Origin: an uncultured Chloroflexia bacterium
GTDB lineage: Bacteria > Chloroflexota > Limnocylindria > Limnocylindrales > CSP1-4
Assembly (NCBI GenBank): GCA_963768655.1
Contig: CAVYIM010000004.1
Coordinates: 256,001 to 320,000 of the forward strand
DNA: 64,000 nt
Reading direction: 5' to 3'
Below, piece after piece: positions 19,317-29,428 of the stretch. The translations under genes were made by a program, and so were the position numbers. Positions within the stretch are counted from its first letter, which is position 1; the number at the start of each line of letters is the position of its first letter. The notes under the pieces are model-generated. The model was given only the letters and a program-made list of their open reading frames with translations. It did no database searches and was not told the DNA's origin.

Positions 19317-19802
19317 TCAGGCCGGCTCGTCCGGCTTTGCCGGCTCGGCCGGTTCCCACCAGTTGGCCGGGGAACGCAGCGGGTTGGCGCGGGCGATCAG
19401 CTCCCGAAAGCCGGCCCGGGGCGGGGAGAAGACGTCGGCGACGAGGCATGCGGTCCCGAGTGTTCGACCTTCGTGTGGGACATCCGGCGGGATCACGTAG
19501 AGGTCGCCCTTGTGAAGCAGCCGGGTCTCGTCCCCGATGGTCAGCTCCATCTCGCCCTCCAGGACGAGGCCGAACTGCTCCTCGGGGTGGTTGTGGCCTG
19601 GGAACCCCCGGTCGGGTCCGAAGGTGACGTAGTTGAGCAGGATGTTCTGGCCGAAGATCGGCCGGAACGAGACGCCTTCGGCAAGTTCGTACAGCGGCTG
19701 GTCGTCGCGCGGGCCCATCCATGCGCCGGCGGCATCGGCCCCGGTGTCGGCAGTGGACGGCGGGCTCGTTCGGAAGTACGGCTCCGGGTCTTTGTCGGTC
19801 AC
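19317..19802 (-). CDS. Cupin domain protein
   Basis: GHNHPEEQFGLVLEG...IPPDVPHEG cupin motifs; GTGA overlap with upstream dehydrogenase. Confidence 0.88.
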   Translation of the reverse strand: MTDKDPEPYFRTSPPSTADTGADAAGAWMGPRDDQPLYELAEGVSFRPIFGQNILLNYVTFGPDRGFPGHNHPEEQFGLVLEGEMELTIGDETRLLHKGDLYVIPPDVPHEGRTLGTACLVADVFSPPRAGFRELIARANPLRSPANWWEPAEPAKPDEPA

Positions 19803-20866
19803 GGCAGGATGACGATCTTGATGGCGCCGCTCGTGGGATCGTTGAACGTGGCGAGCGCCTGCTCGTACAGGCTCAGCGAGAAGCGGTGGGTGACCATCTC
19901 GTGCACTCGCATGCGTCCCTGCTCGACAAGCGGCATGACGCGTCGCATCTCGCCCGCGCTGGCCCGGCAGCCGACGAGCTCGAGCTCGTCGAGGACCAGT
20001 CTCTGCATCGCTATCTCGACGCCGGCTGTGGGGATCCCGACGGCTGCGCACCGCCCGCCGCGCCGGAGCATGCCGATCGCCCACTGGACCGTGACCGGCA
20101 CGCCGGCGCATTCGAGGACCACGTCGACGCCGAGGCCGCGGGTCATGCCGCGGATAGCCTCGACCGGATCGCCGGCGCCCGGGTCCATGGTCTCGAAGCC
20201 GAGCTCCGCGGCCTTGGCCCGGCGGCCGGCGTTGGGCTCCACCACGATCACGCGGGAGGCTCCTCGGACCAGCGCAGCGTCGCCGGACAGGAGCCCGATC
20301 GCGCCGCCGCCGGTGATCGCGACGGCGTCGCCCGGAGCCACCCCGCCCCGGTTCGCGACGTGGAGGGCGATCGAGGCCGGGTCGATGATCGCTCCGTCCT
20401 CGAAGCTGATCCCGTCCGGCAGGGCGAAGATGGTCTTCACGCCCTGGACGACGTAGGTCGCGTCCGCGCCCTGGTAGTTGTGCCCGTACTGTTTGTGGAG
20501 CCCGGGCTTGCCGTAGTTCTCGCACAGGTTGTAGCGTCCCTCGACGCACTTCTGGCAGAAGCCGCAGGCGTCGTGGGAGGTGCCGGCGACGCGGTCGCCG
20601 ACCTTCCAGCCGTACAGATCGGAACCGGGGCCCAGGGCCACGATCTCGCCGGCCCACTCGTGGCCCGGGATGAAAGGGAAGCTGAGCGGCCAGAAGCCGG
20701 GGTAGTCGCCGCGGACGAGGTGGATGTCGGTGCCGCAGATCGAGACTGCGCGGACCCGCGCCAGGACTTGATTCGGGCCGGGGGCCGGAGTCGGCACGTC
20801 CTGGATCTCGACGCGATTTGGCTCGAGAACGACGAGGGCCTTCATGGTTGGGGCAAGATCGGGCAC
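19799..20866 (-). CDS. Zinc-dependent alcohol/polyol dehydrogenase (MDR family)
   Basis: ICGTD, GHEWAG, CGFCQKCVEGRYNLC structural Zn site, GGGAIG. Confidence 0.93.
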   Translation of the reverse strand: MPDLAPTMKALVVLEPNRVEIQDVPTPAPGPNQVLARVRAVSICGTDIHLVRGDYPGFWPLSFPFIPGHEWAGEIVALGPGSDLYGWKVGDRVAGTSHDACGFCQKCVEGRYNLCENYGKPGLHKQYGHNYQGADATYVVQGVKTIFALPDGISFEDGAIIDPASIALHVANRGGVAPGDAVAITGGGAIGLLSGDAALVRGASRVIVVEPNAGRRAKAAELGFETMDPGAGDPVEAIRGMTRGLGVDVVLECAGVPVTVQWAIGMLRRGGRCAAVGIPTAGVEIAMQRLVLDELELVGCRASAGEMRRVMPLVEQGRMRVHEMVTHRFSLSLYEQALATFNDPTSGAIKIVILP

Positions 20867-20879
20867 CGGTATTCCCTCC

Positions 20880-21770
20880 CTATGTCACGGCCAGCGGGTC
20901 GACCATCGAGCCCGTAGCGCCCCGGATCTTGAGCGGCAGGGCGACGAAGAGGAACTGGTAGACGCGATCCGCGGCGAGCGCCTCAAGATCGAGGCTTTCC
21001 ATCAGATGGATCCCGTTTTCGATCAGCAGCAGGGTGTGGACAGGCTGGGGATTGCCGGTGGGGCCCGGATCGGGGGCCGGCTGGACCTCGTACGTCTCGG
21101 TGTCCGTGCCGGTCGCGACGACGCCCCGCTCGAGGAGCCAGCGGGCGGCGGAGATGTCGGGTCCGGCGGTCTTGTTGGCGGCCATCTTCTCGGCGTCGGG
21201 CCAGAGGCTCATGTAGCCGGTCCGGATCAGGACGACGTCCCAGGGCTCAACGGTGACGCCCTCGGCCTTGCACATCGCCTCCATCTCGTCGGCTCCGACG
21301 GGCGAGCCCTTGGGGAGATGAGCCAGGCCGCGGTGACCGGCGGCATCGAGCAGGATGCCGCGGGTGAAGAATGGCGGCATCTTGGAGGCGTCGCCGAAGG
21401 TTGGCCCGAAATCGGTCAGGTTGTCGTCGGCCTTGCCGCCGCCGTACCAGTGCATGTCCTCGCCCACGGTCATGTGGGCCAGGGCGTCCAGGTGGGCCCC
21501 GGAATGCGACGTCGCCATGACGTACTCGGCCATGTAGCCGAGGCCGGCATCGTTGATGGGCCCCCACGGCTTGGCGCCGGTCACGCGGATGCCGCGCGGG
21601 GTGCGGTAGTTGAGGACCTGGAAGGGCGGGTGGCCCGGGAAGAGCGGCATGCCGGGGTACCGGGTCGCCGCCAGCGAGTAAGTGCGACCCTCGCGAACCA
21701 GTCGGGCCGCCTTGACCAGCTGCTCGGCCGGCATCCGCCCGATCAGCCCAACCTCCGTGTCTTCCGTCAT
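20880..21770 (-). CDS. Cyclase-family (kynurenine formamidase-like) metal-dependent hydrolase
   Basis: HSGAHLDALAH, RGILLD, VLIRTG, VHTLLL..GI..ME.L, PLKIRGATGS. Confidence 0.88.
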   Translation of the reverse strand: MTEDTEVGLIGRMPAEQLVKAARLVREGRTYSLAATRYPGMPLFPGHPPFQVLNYRTPRGIRVTGAKPWGPINDAGLGYMAEYVMATSHSGAHLDALAHMTVGEDMHWYGGGKADDNLTDFGPTFGDASKMPPFFTRGILLDAAGHRGLAHLPKGSPVGADEMEAMCKAEGVTVEPWDVVLIRTGYMSLWPDAEKMAANKTAGPDISAARWLLERGVVATGTDTETYEVQPAPDPGPTGNPQPVHTLLLIENGIHLMESLDLEALAADRVYQFLFVALPLKIRGATGSMVDPLAVT

Positions 21771-24037
21771 CGTTCGCTCCTCCCCGTGGCTGCCGGTACC
21801 GCTCGCTCCTGCAGCGCCCGCCAGACGCGTTCGGGTGTGAGCGGCAGATCACGGATCACGGCACCTGTGGCCTCGCGCACGGCGGCAGCCACGGCCGCCG
21901 AGACGCACAGGAGAGCGCCCTCGCTCATGCCCTTTGCGCCGTACGGGCCCGGCCCGTCGGCGTTCTCGATGAACTCGCTGTGCAGCTCCAGGGGCAGGTC
22001 CATGCTCGTCGGAATGCGGTAGTCGATCGCGCCGAGATTCCGGACCCGGCCGGACTCGTCGAAGATGTAGTGCTCCATGAGGGTGTGGCCGAGACCCATG
22101 ATGGCTGCGCCCTCGTCCTGCATCCGAACCTGGAGCGGGTTGATGGCCTTGCCGACGTCGGACACGGTCACGTGGCGGACGATGACGACGTCGCCCGTGC
22201 CCTCGTCCACCCTGGCCTCTATGGCCGTGCAGTTGAACTCGAAGAAGGCCGGCGCTCCCTGGAGCGGATGGTCGGGCTCGGCCTCCTTGCGGCTCTCGCC
22301 GTTGCCGGTCAATTCGCCGCCGAGGCTGCCGAGGCCGGCCTTGAGGACCTCCAGCACCGTCAGCTCGCGATCGGGCAGGCGGACCACTCCCGAGTCGACG
22401 GTGATCTTCTCCTCGTCGACGCCGTGCATCTGGGCCGCCATCTTGCGCAGCTGGGCCTGGATAGAGCGGCAGGCCCGCAGGACCGCGTTGCCCATCAGGA
22501 CCGTCGATCGGCTGGCCGAGGTCTGCGCGTCGTACGGGACGATGGCCGTGTCGCCCATGACCACGGTCACCCAGTCCTGCGGCGCGCCCAGCTCCTGGGC
22601 GGCGATCTGGGCGAAGACCGTCCGGGCACCCTGGCCCATGTCGGACGTTCCCGCATAGACGATGACGCTGCCGTCCGCGAGAAGGCGAACTGTGGAGTAC
22701 GAGAGGCCCGTGGTGGGCCCGGACTTGATGCCGATGGCGATGCCGCGGCCGTGGCCGGGCGGGAGCGGCGTACCCCACCCGATCAGCTCGCCGGCCTTGC
22801 GGACGGTCTGCTGCCAGTCGCCGTCGGCCGGAGTGTCCCACGGGATGAAGGCCTCGCCCTTGCGGGCCAGATTGCGCAGGCGGAACTCGAGGCGGTCGAT
22901 GCCCAGGGCCCGAGCTGCCTCGTCCAGGTTCGATTCCACGGCCCAGTTGATCTGGGGGTTGCCGAAGCCGCGGAACGCGGTGGACGGAACGGTGTGGGAG
23001 AGGATACCGCGGGCCACGATCCTGGCGGCCGGCATGCGGTAGGGTCCTGCTCCGACGTAGCTGCCCTTGTTCACGACCCGATCGGCGATGTCGACGTAGG
23101 CCCCCATCAGGTAGTCGGCCGTGACGTCCTGGAAGACCAGTGTGCCGTCGGAGCGGACGCCGGTCCGGACGTGGATCTCCGCCGCCGTGCGTCGAACCGC
23201 CTGGAATGTCTCCTCCAGGGTCAACACGAGCCGCACCGGGCGGCCGGCCCGGAGGGCCATGAAGGCGACGACGGGCTCGTACTTGATCTGCTGCTTGCCG
23301 CCGAACCCACCTCCCGGATCCGGAGCGATCACGCGCACCCTGGACAGGGGCAGGCCGAGGATGCCGGCCATGATCCTCTGGAGCCAGTAAGGATGCTGGA
23401 TGGTCGTCCAGACGGTGATGCCGTCGCCGTCCGGGGCGACCATGTAGGCGTGGGGCTCGATCGCGAAGTGGGTCACCATCGGGAAGCTGTAGCTGTTCTC
23501 GATGACGACATCGGCATGCTCGGCGTCGACGTCTCCCCAGCCAACGCGATGCACGCGCATGACGTTCGTGGCGGCCAGTGGGTCACCCGGCCGGAGGGCG
23601 CGATCCTGGACGAGCGGAGCTCCCGGGTCGAGGGCCGCCGCGATCGTGAAGATGGCCGGCAGCTCTTCGTACTCGACCCGGACCAGGCGGGCGGCGGCCT
23701 CGGCGGCGGCCTTGGTGTCGGCTGCGACCGCGGCCACGGGCTCGCCGTGGTACTTGGTCTCGCCCACCGCCAGAACGGGTCGGTCCTTGAACTGCGGCCC
23801 GTAGCGCGGCACGGGCTGGGGCAGATCGGCGGCCGTGAGGACGACGCGGACGCCCGGTACCGCCATGGCGGCTGACGTGTCGATGCTGATGATTCGCGCC
23901 CGCGCGACGGGCAGGGTGACGAGCTTGGCGTAGAGCTCGCCGGGAAGGTGGATGTCGGCCACGTACTGCTGCTGGCCGGTGACGCGGGTGTCTCCGCCGG
24001 AGCGCCACGGCGAGGCACCGACCTTGAATGTGCTCAT
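21767..24037 (-). CDS. Xanthine dehydrogenase-family molybdopterin-binding large subunit
   Basis: HFAIEPH, GGGFGGK, AFRGFG, DMGQG, ASRST, GPYGAKGMSE (catalytic Glu). Confidence 0.93.
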   Translation of the reverse strand: MSTFKVGASPWRSGGDTRVTGQQQYVADIHLPGELYAKLVTLPVARARIISIDTSAAMAVPGVRVVLTAADLPQPVPRYGPQFKDRPVLAVGETKYHGEPVAAVAADTKAAAEAAARLVRVEYEELPAIFTIAAALDPGAPLVQDRALRPGDPLAATNVMRVHRVGWGDVDAEHADVVIENSYSFPMVTHFAIEPHAYMVAPDGDGITVWTTIQHPYWLQRIMAGILGLPLSRVRVIAPDPGGGFGGKQQIKYEPVVAFMALRAGRPVRLVLTLEETFQAVRRTAAEIHVRTGVRSDGTLVFQDVTADYLMGAYVDIADRVVNKGSYVGAGPYRMPAARIVARGILSHTVPSTAFRGFGNPQINWAVESNLDEAARALGIDRLEFRLRNLARKGEAFIPWDTPADGDWQQTVRKAGELIGWGTPLPPGHGRGIAIGIKSGPTTGLSYSTVRLLADGSVIVYAGTSDMGQGARTVFAQIAAQELGAPQDWVTVVMGDTAIVPYDAQTSASRSTVLMGNAVLRACRSIQAQLRKMAAQMHGVDEEKITVDSGVVRLPDRELTVLEVLKAGLGSLGGELTGNGESRKEAEPDHPLQGAPAFFEFNCTAIEARVDEGTGDVVIVRHVTVSDVGKAINPLQVRMQDEGAAIMGLGHTLMEHYIFDESGRVRNLGAIDYRIPTSMDLPLELHSEFIENADGPGPYGAKGMSEGALLCVSAAVAAAVREATGAVIRDLPLTPERVWRALQERAVPAATGRSER

Positions 24038-24510
24038 TCGTGGGCTCCTTCCGCCACGGCCAGAACGGCCTCGGCGATCTGGAGGTAGCAGGCGCATCGG
24101 CACAGGTTCCCGGACAGGCCTTCTTGAACTTCCCCGAGCGTGGCATGCGGATGCGCGGACAGCAGGGCCTGCGCGGCCATCAGCTGGCCGGGCGTGCAGA
24201 AGCCGCACTGGACCGCGCCCTTTTCCAGGAACGCCTGCTGGAGAGGACTGAGCTGCCCATCGCCGCCCAGCCCTTCGACCGTGGAGACCTCGGCGCCGTC
24301 GGCCTCGACCGCCAGCATCAGGCAGCTGTCCACGGCCCGGCCGCTCACGAGAACGGTGCAGGCGCCGCACTCACCGACGTCGCAGCACTCCTTGGTGCCG
24401 GTCAGCTCCAGCTCGTCGCGGAGGACGTCGAGGAGTGTCCGGTTGACGGCCACCTCGATGGCCCGGCGACGGCCGTTTACGGTGATCTCGATCGGAAGCG
24501 TGTCAACCAT
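24034..24510 (-). CDS. Xanthine dehydrogenase-family 2x[2Fe-2S] small subunit
   Basis: GTKECCDVGECGACTV, SCL, QCGFCTPG, GNLCRCACY. Confidence 0.95.
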   Translation of the reverse strand: MVDTLPIEITVNGRRRAIEVAVNRTLLDVLRDELELTGTKECCDVGECGACTVLVSGRAVDSCLMLAVEADGAEVSTVEGLGGDGQLSPLQQAFLEKGAVQCGFCTPGQLMAAQALLSAHPHATLGEVQEGLSGNLCRCACYLQIAEAVLAVAEGAHE

Positions 24511-25375
24511 TGGTCCGTTCCTCCGCCAGACGGTCGATGGCCGTCTGGAGCGCCCGCCATCCGAGCACGCGGAGCATCGCCAGGCGGTACTCCGGGCTGG
24601 CCCGCATCGATCGTTTGGATGGGCTGGCGCCCGCGAACATCCCTTCGAGGATGCGCGCCTTCGCCTCGTGGGCCGCCTTTGGATCCGCGAGCATGCCCGT
24701 CTCGTCGGCGAACAGAACCGGCCGCGGCCCCACGCTGCCGTAGGCCAGCCGCGTGGCGCCGCCTTCGTCGACCGAGCAGCAGAGCGTGACCGAGGCCAGG
24801 TCGTGGCCTCGCCTCCGGGCCCGGCGGAGGTGGACCGCGCCGGTGCGGTGGGTCGGAACCGGCAGCTCGATCCCGGTCACCAGCTCACCGCGGGCCAGCG
24901 TCGTCACTCCGGACTCGACGAAGAACTCGTTGATGGGGATGCGCCGCGTTCCACGCGGGCCTGCGGCAACCACGGAGGCCCCGTAGACCAGCAGCGGCGG
25001 GGCGGTGTCGGCGGCCGGTGACGCGTTGCAGATGTTGCCGGCCAGCGTGGCCCGGTTGCGGATCTGGACCGAGCCGACGATCGCCGCCGCCTCGCCCAGG
25101 GCGCGGAAATGGCGTCGTACGAGCGGGCTGTCGGCCACGTCCGCCATCACGGTCGCAGCGCCGATCGTCACGACGCCGGCCTCCTCGCGGATCCCCGAAC
25201 ACAGGTCGGCGATCCGCTTGACGTCGATCACCACGGTCGGCTTCTCCGCGCCGCTGCGCAGACCGATGACGAGGTCGGTGCCGCCCGCCAGAAGGCGCGC
25301 GTCGGAGCCGTGCGCATCCAGCAGAGATACGGCCTCGGCCACCGTTGTCGGCCTCTTGTAGGCGAACGTCTGCAT
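24503..25375 (-). CDS. Xanthine dehydrogenase-family FAD-binding medium subunit
   Basis: LAGGTDL, GSVQIRNRATLAGNICNASPAAD, ASPEYR. Confidence 0.93.
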   Translation of the reverse strand: MQTFAYKRPTTVAEAVSLLDAHGSDARLLAGGTDLVIGLRSGAEKPTVVIDVKRIADLCSGIREEAGVVTIGAATVMADVADSPLVRRHFRALGEAAAIVGSVQIRNRATLAGNICNASPAADTAPPLLVYGASVVAAGPRGTRRIPINEFFVESGVTTLARGELVTGIELPVPTHRTGAVHLRRARRRGHDLASVTLCCSVDEGGATRLAYGSVGPRPVLFADETGMLADPKAAHEAKARILEGMFAGASPSKRSMRASPEYRLAMLRVLGWRALQTAIDRLAEERTNG

Positions 25376-25395
25376 GGTTTCGGAACCTCCGCGGC

Positions 25396-26283
25396 TCAGA
25401 GGACCTTGTCGACCTCGTCGAGCAGCACCTGCGGGTTGGCTGCCCGGACGAAGTAGTAGGGGCGGTCCGAGAACTTGGTGACCCACTTCGCGCGTTCGCG
25501 CCGCAGAGGCTCCGTGTCGACCATCGGCATGGGCCAGTCCGCGGCAAGAAGCTCATTGAGCAGGAAGTAGTTCTGGAGCGAATGGAGCGTCTGGAACTGG
25601 CGCTCGAACGGGATCATCTCGCCCAGGCTCGGATCGAAGTTGCCGTCGATGGCGGGCACGACCACGACGTCGACGTTGCTCGGCTCCGTGTAGAGCTCCC
25701 ACGTGGGCATGCCGCCGAAGAACTTGGCGACGCCGGCCTCGGGGGCCGCCTTGTCGGCGCGCTCGGTGCCCTCGGTGCGCTTCTTGATGAACGGCTCCTT
25801 GGAACCCTTCACCGCGCGTCCCGACGTGTCGACGACGGTCGTCTCGGTGGAGACCAGCAGCGCGCCGCGCCGGCAGGCCTCGATCTGACCCATGCTCTTG
25901 CCGTGGTTCGATTCGCCGCCGAGGAACATCACGGTCTTGCCGTGATAGCGCACCGCGGAGGCATGGAACGGGTGCAGCCCGGTCGCCTCCATGCGCAGGG
26001 CGAGCAGCGCGACGACGACCTTCTGGATCGGACCGGCCGGCCAGGGGCCGTTGAACGTCATCGTCCGGCCGTCGTAGGAGATCGACTTGTCGCCATCCTG
26101 GAGCCAGACGATGTCGGGCTTCGGCAGGGTCACCTCGGGCGAGATGCGCACGTCGGCGAGCCGGTAGTTGAGGAAGTTCAGGTCCTCGAGGACGTGCTCG
26201 CGGGGCTGACTCCCGTACACGTCCACCCGCAGCCGCGCGGTCTCGGCGGACATCTCCTCCGACAGTTGCAGTTGCTCGTTCAT
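25396..26283 (-). CDS. Hypothetical protein with a divergent HPr-kinase-like P-loop fold
   Basis: FHASAVRYHGKTVMFLGGESNHGKS...RRGALLVSTETTVVD follows the HPrK-related pattern HAS...GxxxxGKS...G..l.sDD; strong codon bias. Confidence 0.55.
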   Translation of the reverse strand: MNEQLQLSEEMSAETARLRVDVYGSQPREHVLEDLNFLNYRLADVRISPEVTLPKPDIVWLQDGDKSISYDGRTMTFNGPWPAGPIQKVVVALLALRMEATGLHPFHASAVRYHGKTVMFLGGESNHGKSMGQIEACRRGALLVSTETTVVDTSGRAVKGSKEPFIKKRTEGTERADKAAPEAGVAKFFGGMPTWELYTEPSNVDVVVVPAIDGNFDPSLGEMIPFERQFQTLHSLQNYFLLNELLAADWPMPMVDTEPLRRERAKWVTKFSDRPYYFVRAANPQVLLDEVDKVL

Positions 26284-27255
26284 GGTCTCCTTCCGCTGGC
26301 GGCCCGTGCCGCCTTCGCATCAGTGCCCGGGTTCGATCCGATCGGCCTCGGTCCGGGTGGTCTGGGCTGTTGTGGCGGAGTCGCGCCAGACGTCGTCGGG
26401 CGGCGACGTGAGTCCACGGACGGCGTCCGCGTCCAGGACTCAGGCCTGGCTTTGTTGGCGCGCGATCTCCGCGCTCGTGGCGCGGCCGTCCGATTTGGCG
26501 ACGGCATCGACGCAACCGTCAGCCGATGGTCGGCTTCGGCGCCTCCCAGGGGAGGCCTGCTCGGATCGAGGACGACCGCTTCGTCAGATGCCGACGGCTC
26601 GTCGACCCACGTCTCGCGGAACATGTCGCCGGCCGCCTTGAAATGGAGGTGGTATGCCGCCGCGGCCAGGTCGGGATCGCGGCTGCGAAGGGCCGTCAGA
26701 ATCGGGACGTGGAGGTCGGCGATATGGCGTCGGGTTCACGCCGGGGACTACAAGGGTGATGTACGTTCGGGAGAGCGGCTCAAGATGCCGCCAGACCCGC
26801 TCCAAAGTCTTGTTGCGAGCTATTTGGATGACGCGGGCATGGAAGGCGACGTCGATCACGGCCTCGGTGTGGGTGTCGCCCGCATCGGCCGCTCGCTGCA
26901 TCTCTTCCACGTAGCCCTGAAGCTCTTCGAGGTCCGCGTCCGACATCCGGGGCAGGGCGAGCCGCGCGCCGAGGGACTCGAGCTCGGCCCGAATCTCATA
27001 CGCCTCGAGCAGCTCGGACTTGCTCGGATGCCGAACGCGAGCCCCGCGGAATGCCGAAATCTCGACGATCCCGAGCGCCTCGAGGTCGCGCAGAGCTTCT
27101 CGCACGGGAGCCTGGCTCGTGCCAAGCTCCCGTGCGACTCGGGTTTCCACGATTCGAGAGCCCGGAGGGTAGCCGCCGGCCAGAATCTCCTGCAGCAGGC
27201 GATCCTTGACTTGATCGCTCAGGGGGCTGCGTGAGATCTGGAGGTCCGGCGACAT
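26280..27255 (-). CDS. GntR-family (FadR/FCD) transcriptional regulator with a 1-bp frameshift near 26733
   Basis: PGSRIVETRVARELGTSQAPVREAL HTH, DVAFH; removing one G from GGG 26732-26734 gives HIADLHVPILTALRSRDPDLAAAAYHLHF and a stop overlapping the next ATG. Confidence 0.88.
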
Positions 27256-27279
27256 CTGTTCTCTCCGGTCAGAGGGTCT

Positions 27280-29107
27280 CTACTTGATCTTCGCCGGCGC
27301 GTCGGACTGGGTAGACGTCAGGACCTTGCCCAGGATCTCGACGACACCGGTGGTGCCGTTTACGCGGATCCGGTCGCCGCTCTTGATGTCGCGGGTGGCA
27401 ACCGACGTGCCGACCACGGCCGGGATGCCAAACTCGCGGGCCGTGACAGCCGGGTGGGCTACGGTGCCGCCCGCGTCGGTCACGACGCCGACGATCTTGG
27501 TGAAGACGGTCACCCAGGCCGGGTTGGTCATCTGGCAAACGAGGATATCGCCCGACTTGACCTGGTCGAACTGTTCGACCGTGTCAACGACTCGCGCGGT
27601 GCCTTCGACGACGCCTGGCGAGCCCGCGATGCCGGTGATCTGACCCTTGACCGTGGACTCCTTGCGGTGGAACTTCTCCGGGAAGCCCCACAGGTTCAGG
27701 TACGGGAAGGCCAGCTGGGTGGGCGTGCAGGTGCCGATCCATTCCTTCGGCCGGATTGTCTCGGCCTTCGCGTCCGCCGCCTTCCGCGCCTTCACGATCG
27801 CCCGGCCGTCCATTGCGGCGGGGTTGCCCATGAAGACCCGGAACTCGTTGTACTTGAAGAAAACGACGTCCTCGGCGGAGTCGAGGGCGCCCATCTCAAC
27901 CAGCTTCTGGCCGCACAGGATCAACGCCATGCGCAGGTGGGCGTTGGCGCCCTGGTCGATGTAGAAGTGGTGGTCCGGGGTGAGCGGGGCCATCTTGAGG
28001 TTGATGTCGTTGGCGGCCTTCATCTCGGCGAGAGCATCGCCGCTGAGGCCTTCGAGGATCTCCTTTGAGGCCGCAGCGATGTCGACCTGCGAGCTTCTTG
28101 ACCGTGCTCGGGTAATCGTAGTTGTTCTCGATGTAGCTACGCACGAGCCCGATGACCGGCTCCATGTGCTCGCGTACGGAGGGGAACCTGAACTCGTGAC
28201 TCCAGACGGCGTGCCAGCCGAATTCCTTCTGGTACGGCACGACCCGCTCGTCGATGAACTTCTTGCCGCGCGGCGTCTTCTTGAGGGCGGCGATGATCTC
28301 GCCTGCCGTCTCGTGCTTGAAGGCGGCGGCCAGGTCCTTGTCGGCCTTGGCCTCTTCCTTCATCTTCCAGAGGGCCTCGATCGAGTCCCAGTTGCGGTCG
28401 GCGGCGGAGTTCTGGAGACGGCCCAGGATGGCCTCGCCCTTCTGGTCGATCTTGCCATGGGTCTTCTCCATGACCGCCCGCAGGTTGAGGGTCGCGGAGA
28501 GCTGGGCGAAGTTGAGCATCCAGTGGATCTTCCAGTGCCGGTCGTGGATGTCGATGGCATCCTCGAGCAGGCAGGCCAGCTGGGCCAGGTTCATCTTGGG
28601 GGCCTGGTCGAACTTGTCTTCCAGGTACTTGAAGTTGTGCTCCATCTCCGGGCGCAGGCGGTCCTTCCACCAGGTCGCGAACTCGTCGCCGTAGGTGGGG
28701 AGGACGAAGCCTAGATAAGCCCCGATCTTGGCCGCGTAGTCGGCTTCCTGGGGCACGATCGGGGTCGTGGTGTAGCCGTACTCGCAGTCGGCGAAGGTGA
28801 CCAGGCCGGCCTGGGCCGGGATGGCCGCCGTGTACAGGTAGCCGTTGACTATCTTGGCGATCCAGTCCGTGGCGAACGGCGTGCCGAAGCGCCGGAACAT
28901 GTGATCGCAGCTCAACCACCACCCGCCGATGTCGTAGTACATCGGGCTGATAGGGTGGGGGCAGTGCAGGTCGTCGTAGACCCAGAAGAGTTCCTTCTCG
29001 GTCTCGGACTCCCACTTGATCGGGAAGTCCTTGTCGCCGAGGAACTGTCCCGTAATCTCTTCGCCCGGGCCGACCAACTTGGTGGTCAGTTTCTTGGCTT
29101 CCGCCAT
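27280..29107 (-). CDS. PEP-utilising phospho-His enzyme (substrate-binding plus swivel domain, no ATP-grasp; phenylphosphate synthase alpha-like architecture) with a 1-bp frameshift near 28086
   Basis: N-terminal FWVYDDLHCPHPISP; C-terminal GIAGSPGVVEG, TNPAW, GGTVAHPAVTAREFGIPAVVG, VNGTTG; ORFs 27896..29113 and 27280..28023 join by removing one base. Confidence 0.82.
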
Positions 29108-29428
29108 TGCCATTGCCTCCAGATAAGGCGTGTACGTGACGTCGGCATCGCCATTGCGGCGCAGACTCAGGTCGCAATCGCTACCGTTTCGGTTGGCAGG
29201 TACTCAGTGGACTGAACGCCACTCCTGGCTGCCGGTCACTTTCCTCAGCGGACGGGCGCCCGTGGATTGACCGGGCCCGGAGGATCTTCTCGCCGTGACG
29301 GGCGGCGAGGATCCATTGCTGACGGTGAAGGGTGCGACGGGCTCACGAGCCCGCCAACCAGATTTCGAGCGGCGCTGAACACGAAGGACGCGAGACACGA
29401 CGGGTTGAGTGGACTCCGGGTGAGCCGG

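Noticed and set aside
21767-25375. Aerobic CO dehydrogenase (coxMSL gene order)
   Set aside because: The large subunit has AFRGFG and ASRST, not the AYxCSFR signature of form I CODH; it is a generic XDH-family hydroxylase
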